DNA of 64,000 bases. Origin: an uncultured delta proteobacterium. Lineage in GTDB: Bacteria > Desulfobacterota > BSN033 > UBA1163. This document shows positions 58,182 through 64,000 of the stretch, in pieces (the first letter of the stretch is position 1; each line of letters begins with the position of its first letter). Location: contig CAVPSJ010000004.1 of NCBI GenBank assembly GCA_963708295.1, forward strand, positions 448,001 through 512,000, written 5' to 3'. The translations under genes were made by a program, and so were the position numbers. The notes under the pieces were generated by a model. It did no database searches, had not been told where the DNA came from, and was given only the letters and a program-made list of their open reading frames with translations.

Positions 58182-61100
58182 GTGAGGCTTCCATTTTTCA
58201 AAACCATTAGAAGTCGTCTCCTATTATTGGTTCTGATCTCCCTTCTCCCCGCTTTGGGAATCATCATCTACTCGGGGGTGGAACTTAGTTCCCGTGAGAT
58301 CGAGGATGCGAAATCCGATTCCTTGGAGGCGGTAAAAGGCCTTTCCTACGAGCACGAACGCGTCATGGAAAGTACTCGCCAGTTCCTCATGACCTTGGCC
58401 AAAATTCCGGACATCCAGAACTTGAATGTGACCGCGAACAAACGGCTGCTTGAAGGCTTATTGAAACAGAATCCATCCTATGGCGGCATTATTGTTCTTG
58501 ACGCTCAGGGAATCCTGTGCTCTTCTGCTCCACCTGATAAGTCAACGAGCTTGGCATCAAGCAAATTCTTTCAGGATGTCCTGAGGACGAAAGATTTCTC
58601 CGTAGGAGAATACGCCATTTGCCGTTCCTTAAACCGGCCGGTCCTCCATCTCGCCTATCCGATCACAAATGCCCAGGGGAAGTTCAAAGGAGCGGTTGCC
58701 GTTTCACTCGACATCGCCCACTACGCCCGGATGTTTTCCATGGAAAAATTACCCCAGGGGTCAACCCTGTCGATCAGCGACCACAGGGGCGTTCTTCTCT
58801 ATGCCTACCCTGAAAATGGGAATCATATGCCAAGGACAGATCTTCCTGATACGATCGGGTATATGTCGGACCTAGGGAGAGAAGGGGTTTTCACATATGC
58901 CGGGGTCGATGATGTAAGACGTATTAATGCCTATAGAAGATTCCGCCTGAAGCCAAACCAATCCGCGTATCTTTTTATCCGTGTCGGTATCCCGGAAGGG
59001 AAAGCGTTCCAGCATGCCAAAAGACGCCTGTCAATCAATGTGGTTCTGTTAGGCGTCGCGTTTTTGATCGCGGTTTTCTCCGCATGGTTCTTAGGAAATG
59101 CCATTATTGTAAGGGGGCTCCAAAGATTAGTCGAGGCCTCGCGCAAGATTGAGCAGGGAGATCTTAAAACAAGGACGGGTTTAGACAAGAAGTCTGATGA
59201 ATTGGGCGAGCTGGGAAGGGTCTTCGACGAGATGGCAGAAGCCCTGGAGACAAAGAATGCTGAGAACGAACAAGTTCAGGAGAGACTAAGAAAGACAGCG
59301 GATCAATGGCAAACCACGTTTGACTCAATTACTGACCTCGTCATGATTCTGGACAAGGAATGCAGAATTGTCCGAGCAAATGAGGAATCCATTCGCCTTT
59401 TCAACCTGCCGATGGATCGAATCGTTGGAAATTACTGTTACGCCTTGATGCACAAGATGAACATGCCTCCTGAACCATGTCCCTATCAAAAGATGATCGA
59501 AACGGGAAAGCGTGAAGAAACAGAGCTTTATCTGGCTGACAGGGATACGTGGCTTTTTGTTTCAGTCGATCCAATATTGGATCATGACGGAGAGGTCATC
59601 GGTCTGGTTCACATCGCCAAGGACATTACCGACCGAAAGCGTGCGGAAAATGCTCTGAGGCAGAGCGAGGAAAAATTTAGAGAACTCTATGACCATGCGC
59701 CCGTGGGGTATTGCGAATACGATACTCAGGGACGCATTACGAACGTAAGCCTGACGGATCTCGAAATACTCGGATATACCCGGGAGGAGATGGTGGGACA
59801 CCACATTTGGGAGTTTAATGTCGGAGCGGAAACGGTCCGACGACAGGTCCTGGAGAAGTTGAAAGGGTTTAGGCCGCCGGGTCACGATCTCGAACGCATT
59901 TATCGTCGAAAGGACGGGACTGTTTTCCCGGTCCTGATCAAGGACCGTCTGATCCTGAATGAACAGGGAGAAATCACAGGCATCCGCTGTACCATCCAGG
60001 ATATTACCGACCGCAAGCGAGGAGAAGAGAGGCTGCGGGAGAGTGAAGAGAGATTCCGCCAGTTGGCAGAAAACATCCGTGAGGTCTTTTACATCTACGA
60101 AGAGGGAATCCTCCGCTACGTCAGCCCCGCCTTCGCGGAAATCTGGGGATGTCCGCCTGAAACCCTTTTCCAGGACCCAGAATTCCACTTGAAGACGATC
60201 CATCCTGAAGATAGGGATGATGTGAAACGATCCATTGAGAAGAGAAGCCAGCAAGAGGTCGAGGTCATCTATCGTATTGTGCGCCCGGATCAATCTATCC
60301 GCTGGATCAAAAACCGCTCTTTTCGGATCAGCGATGATTCGCACCGCATCGTAGGCATTGCCACAGATATCACGGACCTCAAGCTCGGGGAAGAAAAACT
60401 ACGATATCTGAGTCTCCGCGATCCTCTGACCGGACTTTATAACCGCATCTACTTCGAAGAGGAGATAAGCCGGATAGAAAAAACACGCCGCGGCACAGTC
60501 GGGATTTTATCGTGTGATGTAGATGGGCTCAAGCTGGTTAACGATACCTTGGGACACGATCAAGGGGATCGCCTGCTGGCCGCCGCGGCCAGGGTGATCC
60601 GGGATTCATTTCGCGGAGGAGATTTGGCGGCCCGCATCGGGGGGGATGAATTTGCGGTCATCCTCCCAAACACCACCCAATCTGCCGTTGAAAACGCGTG
60701 CCAAAGAATCCAGGAAGCGGTCGAGTCCTACAACACCATCACCCCCGAACTCCCGCTTAGTATCTCTATCGGATTTGCCATCAGAAATGACTCCCATAAA
60801 AACTTGAAAGATGTGTATAAGGAAGCGGATAATCACATGTACCGCAAGAAGCTCTATCGCACCCAGAGCATCCGCAGCACCATTGTGAGCACCCTGATCA
60901 ATACCCTCAAAGCTAGGGACCTGGCAACCGAGCGGCACGCGAGTCGTCTTGAAAAATTATTGGTCCGGATGGCCGCCCTGATCGGACTCTCCGAGTCCGC
61001 GACGGCCGACTTATCCCTCTTAGCCAAATTTCATGACATCGGCAAGGTGGGAATCTCCGACGCCATCCTCCTGAAGGAGGGACCCTTTACTCCCGAGGAG

Positions 61101-61460
61101 TGGGCGGAGATGAAGCGACATTGCGAGATCGGCTATCGGATTGCCCTGTCCGCCTCCGACCTCGTTCCGATTGCCGACTGGATCCTCAAACACCATGAGT
61201 GGTGGGATGGCCAGGGGTATCCTCTCGGCATCAAGGGAGAAGAGATCCCCGTCGAGTGCCGTTTGTTGGCGATTGCGGATGCCTATGAAGCCCTCACCAG
61301 TACCCGCCCCTATCGCAGGCCATGTTCCCATTGGGAGGCTGTGGCTGAGCTCCGCAGACACGCTGGAACACAGTTCGACCCCGAAATTTTAGAAATGTTT
61401 GTGAAGATGTTGGAAGCTCTTTTCTGCGAGTTAGAGCTTACCCCAGCCTCCACCGTCTGA
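58182..61460 (+). CDS. Membrane c-di-GMP enzyme: dCache-HAMP-PASx3-GGDEF-HD-GYP
   Basis: Two TMs around a periplasmic Cache-like domain, DELGELGRVFDEM, three PAS/PAC repeats (DITDRK), DPLTGLYNR, RGGD..ARIGGDEF, HDIGK, HHEWWDGQGYP. Confidence 0.93.
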   Translation: MRLPFFKTIRSRLLLLVLISLLPALGIIIYSGVELSSREIEDAKSDSLEAVKGLSYEHERVMESTRQFLMTLAKIPDIQNLNVTANKRLLEGLLKQNPSYGGIIVLDAQGILCSSAPPDKSTSLASSKFFQDVLRTKDFSVGEYAICRSLNRPVLHLAYPITNAQGKFKGAVAVSLDIAHYARMFSMEKLPQGSTLSISDHRGVLLYAYPENGNHMPRTDLPDTIGYMSDLGREGVFTYAGVDDVRRINAYRRFRLKPNQSAYLFIRVGIPEGKAFQHAKRRLSINVVLLGVAFLIAVFSAWFLGNAIIVRGLQRLVEASRKIEQGDLKTRTGLDKKSDELGELGRVFDEMAEALETKNAENEQVQERLRKTADQWQTTFDSITDLVMILDKECRIVRANEESIRLFNLPMDRIVGNYCYALMHKMNMPPEPCPYQKMIETGKREETELYLADRDTWLFVSVDPILDHDGEVIGLVHIAKDITDRKRAENALRQSEEKFRELYDHAPVGYCEYDTQGRITNVSLTDLEILGYTREEMVGHHIWEFNVGAETVRRQVLEKLKGFRPPGHDLERIYRRKDGTVFPVLIKDRLILNEQGEITGIRCTIQDITDRKRGEERLRESEERFRQLAENIREVFYIYEEGILRYVSPAFAEIWGCPPETLFQDPEFHLKTIHPEDRDDVKRSIEKRSQQEVEVIYRIVRPDQSIRWIKNRSFRISDDSHRIVGIATDITDLKLGEEKLRYLSLRDPLTGLYNRIYFEEEISRIEKTRRGTVGILSCDVDGLKLVNDTLGHDQGDRLLAAAARVIRDSFRGGDLAARIGGDEFAVILPNTTQSAVENACQRIQEAVESYNTITPELPLSISIGFAIRNDSHKNLKDVYKEADNHMYRKKLYRTQSIRSTIVSTLINTLKARDLATERHASRLEKLLVRMAALIGLSESATADLSLLAKFHDIGKVGISDAILLKEGPFTPEEWAEMKRHCEIGYRIALSASDLVPIADWILKHHEWWDGQGYPLGIKGEEIPVECRLLAIADAYEALTSTRPYRRPCSHWEAVAELRRHAGTQFDPEILEMFVKMLEALFCELELTPASTV

Positions 61461-61612
61461 AGTCTCCTCTTGGTTTGCGGTCAACCCCTTTTAATTCTCT
61501 GCAAATTAGTTTATTCTAAGAACTTGAATTCGCTATAGGGTTCTCTAGACATTTCTCCCCTCCTGTTTTGGGAAGTTCTGTCATTCTCCTCGTTATCGGG
61601 TTGAGGGAGGTT

Positions 61613-63874
61613 ATGAACGAAACGCACATTCCTAAGATTGCCCAAGAATTGGGTTTCACCCCCAAACAGGTCCAGGCCACAGCGGACCTTTTGAAGGAAG
61701 GGGCCACCATCCCTTTTATCGCCCGATACCGGAAGGAGGTGACGGGTTCTCTGGATGAGGTTGCCATCTCAACGGTTCGAGACCGCCTCAATCAGCTCAT
61801 GGAATTAGACAGGCGACGTGAAGGCATCCTCAAATCATTGGAGGAGCGGGGGCAGCTCACAGACGAGTTAAAGGAGAAGATCGTCTCTGCGGAGACCATG
61901 GCGGTTCTGGAAGACATTTATCTGCCCTACCGGCCCAAGCGCCGGACCCGGGCAATGATCGCCAGAGAGAAGGGACTGGAGCCTCTGGCCCAGCGTCTTT
62001 TTGCACAGGAAGATTTCGATCCATGGACCGAGGCATCAGCCTTTGTCGATCCTGAAAAAGGGGTGAATTCCGCGGAAGACGCCCTCGCCGGAGCCCGTGA
62101 CATCATCGCAGAATGGGTCAATGAAGATCAAATGGCCCGAGCCAGGATGCGTGAATTCTTCTCATCGAAAGCTGTCTTTAAGTCGAAGGTCATCCCGGAA
62201 AAAGAGGGTGAGGGGATGAAATACAAGGATTACTTCGACTGGCAGGAGCCAGTCGGCACAGCACCCTCCCATCGGATTCTGGCCATGAGGCGAGGAGAAA
62301 GGGAGGGCTTTCTTGCCCTGCGGGTCTTACCCCCTGAAGACGAGGCATTGGACATTCTCGAGGGCCTTTTTGTCAAAGGAGAGGGGCCTGTATCTCAGCA
62401 GGTCAAAATGTCCGTGGACGACAGCTATAAGAGATTGCTCTCTCCTTCTATGGAGACTGAAATCCGCCTTGAAACAAAGAGACGGGCGGATGAGGAGGCC
62501 ATACGGGTTTTTGTCGAGAACATCCGTCAACTTCTTCTTGCTCCGCCATTGGGCCAGAAGAACGTTCTTGCGATTGACCCGGGTTTCCGGACGGGCTGCA
62601 AAGTCGTCTGTCTTGACCGGCAAGGAAAACTGCTTCATACCGAAACCATCTATCCTCTCCAGTCCGAGAGGGGTGCAGCCGAATCTGGCTCAACGATCCG
62701 TGGACTGTGTGAGCGATTCATCGTAGAGGCTATTGCCGTTGGAAACGGGACGGCGGGAAGGGAGACAGAGGCTTTCATCCGCAGCCTCGACCTCTCAAAG
62801 AACATTCAGGTAATGATGGTCAATGAGAGCGGCGCGTCGGTTTACTCGGCATCGGAAGTGGCGCGGGAGGAGTTTCCTGACCGGGATGTGACCGTGCGGG
62901 GAGCCGTATCCATCGGCCGCAGGCTGATGGACCCTCTCGCAGAGCTGGTGAAGATCGATCCAAAATCAATCGGCGTTGGCCAATACCAGCACGATGTGGA
63001 CCAGGGAGCCTTGAAGAGCAGCCTCGACGATGTAGTCACGAGCTGCGTGAACCGTGTAGGCGTTGAAGTCAATACGGCAAGTAAACAGCTGCTGACCTAT
63101 GTCTCAGGGTTGGGACCCCAGCTTGCAAAGGGGATCGTGGAGTACCGGGATGAACATGGTCCATTTCGTTCGAGACAGGCATTGAAGCAGGTGCCCCGCT
63201 TAGGACCCAAAGCCTTTGAGCAGGCGGCAGGTTTTTTGCGCATCCGGGATGGCGAAAACCCGCTCGATGGAAGCGCTGTCCATCCGGAGAGCTATCCAAC
63301 GGTCGATACCATGGCAAGGGATCTGGGCTGCTCGGTCCTTGATCTGATGCATGACGAAAAATTCCGAGGGAGAATTGATCTCGGGCGATATCTTTCGGAT
63401 AAGACAGGCCTTCCCACGTTGAATGACATCCTGTCGGAACTCTCTAAACCCGGCCGTGATCCTCGCGAACAGCTCGAGTCCTTTCGATTTGCTGAAGGGA
63501 TTGAAAAGATAGAAGATGTACAACCCGGGATGAAGTTGCCCGGGATCGTGACCAATATCACGGCATTTGGTGTTTTTGTCGACATTGGCGTCCACCAGGA
63601 CGGACTGATCCATATCAGTGAGGTTTCCCATCGCTTTGTGAAAAATGCTGCCGAGGTGGTGAGGGTCCATCAAAAGGTCATGGTAACGGTCCTAGCCGTG
63701 GACGTTGGAAGAAAACGAATCTCCCTTTCCATGAAGGATGGTCCGCCCCAACCCCGAAGCATGTCAGCGCCAGGGGAGAAAAAGAAGGAAGAGAAAAGTC
63801 ACGAAAGCAGGCAAAAAAGGAAAAGCACCTTCACGAATAATCCGTTTGCTGCTGCACTCATAAACAAGAACTAG
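61613..63874 (+). CDS. tex: Tex family transcriptional accessory protein (YqgF, HhH and S1 domains)
   Basis: EGATIPFIARYRKEVTG, EDIYLPYRPKRRT, IDPGFRTGCK, ESGASVYSAS, DPKSIGVGQYQHDV, FGVFVDIGVHQDGLIH. Confidence 0.97.
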   Translation: MNETHIPKIAQELGFTPKQVQATADLLKEGATIPFIARYRKEVTGSLDEVAISTVRDRLNQLMELDRRREGILKSLEERGQLTDELKEKIVSAETMAVLEDIYLPYRPKRRTRAMIAREKGLEPLAQRLFAQEDFDPWTEASAFVDPEKGVNSAEDALAGARDIIAEWVNEDQMARARMREFFSSKAVFKSKVIPEKEGEGMKYKDYFDWQEPVGTAPSHRILAMRRGEREGFLALRVLPPEDEALDILEGLFVKGEGPVSQQVKMSVDDSYKRLLSPSMETEIRLETKRRADEEAIRVFVENIRQLLLAPPLGQKNVLAIDPGFRTGCKVVCLDRQGKLLHTETIYPLQSERGAAESGSTIRGLCERFIVEAIAVGNGTAGRETEAFIRSLDLSKNIQVMMVNESGASVYSASEVAREEFPDRDVTVRGAVSIGRRLMDPLAELVKIDPKSIGVGQYQHDVDQGALKSSLDDVVTSCVNRVGVEVNTASKQLLTYVSGLGPQLAKGIVEYRDEHGPFRSRQALKQVPRLGPKAFEQAAGFLRIRDGENPLDGSAVHPESYPTVDTMARDLGCSVLDLMHDEKFRGRIDLGRYLSDKTGLPTLNDILSELSKPGRDPREQLESFRFAEGIEKIEDVQPGMKLPGIVTNITAFGVFVDIGVHQDGLIHISEVSHRFVKNAAEVVRVHQKVMVTVLAVDVGRKRISLSMKDGPPQPRSMSAPGEKKKEEKSHESRQKRKSTFTNNPFAAALINKN

Positions 63875-64000
63875 TTGCAAAGCTCCTCTCTTGCAAGCCG
63901 GTCAAAAATACCCCGGCGGCCTTCGTCTCCGGGCGGCTGGTCGTGGGCGGATGCAGCTTGAGCCTTGAAGCATTCCGCTTGCCGGAGCGCATTCGCCCAG

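Noticed and set aside
59562-60344. Long antisense ORFs (this one, 13626..14273, 16170..16874 and others)
   Set aside because: They are shadow frames opposite well-supported genes and carry no motifs.

Overview
A 64-kb chromosomal segment, about 50% GC by eye. Gene content (hcp, NfnAB, Tat-exported molybdoenzymes, GGDEF/HD-GYP, a MoxR-vWA operon) points to an anaerobic deltaproteobacterium-like (Desulfobacterota-type) organism; this is inference. I found no rRNA, tRNA, CRISPR array, transposase or phage genes. About eight genes carry single-base frameshifts, most likely long-read or assembly errors. The main discovery is at 48035-51329: a putative operon that looks like a Myxococcus-type PomY-PomZ-PomX cell-division positioning system. 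It is preceded by a CdbA-like ribbon-helix-helix gene, has a HEAT-only PomY, and has two PomX-like genes, one short and lacking the basic activator residues. The M. xanthus comparisons are recalled from memory and need alignment. Other highlights: an unannotated 185-nt rod-like RNA structure with strand-specific G-U pairs (5044-5228, 6S-RNA size); a perfect HcpR/Fnr-type box at -41.5 of hcp; three tandem IorAB-like molybdoenzyme modules; a transporter-less solute-binding-protein/histidine-kinase/receiver module with a relic third SBP and a palindrome inserted in frame in a signal peptide; a sigma54 promoter before a GGDEF/HD-GYP protein; and several families of dispersed non-coding palindromic or heptamer elements.
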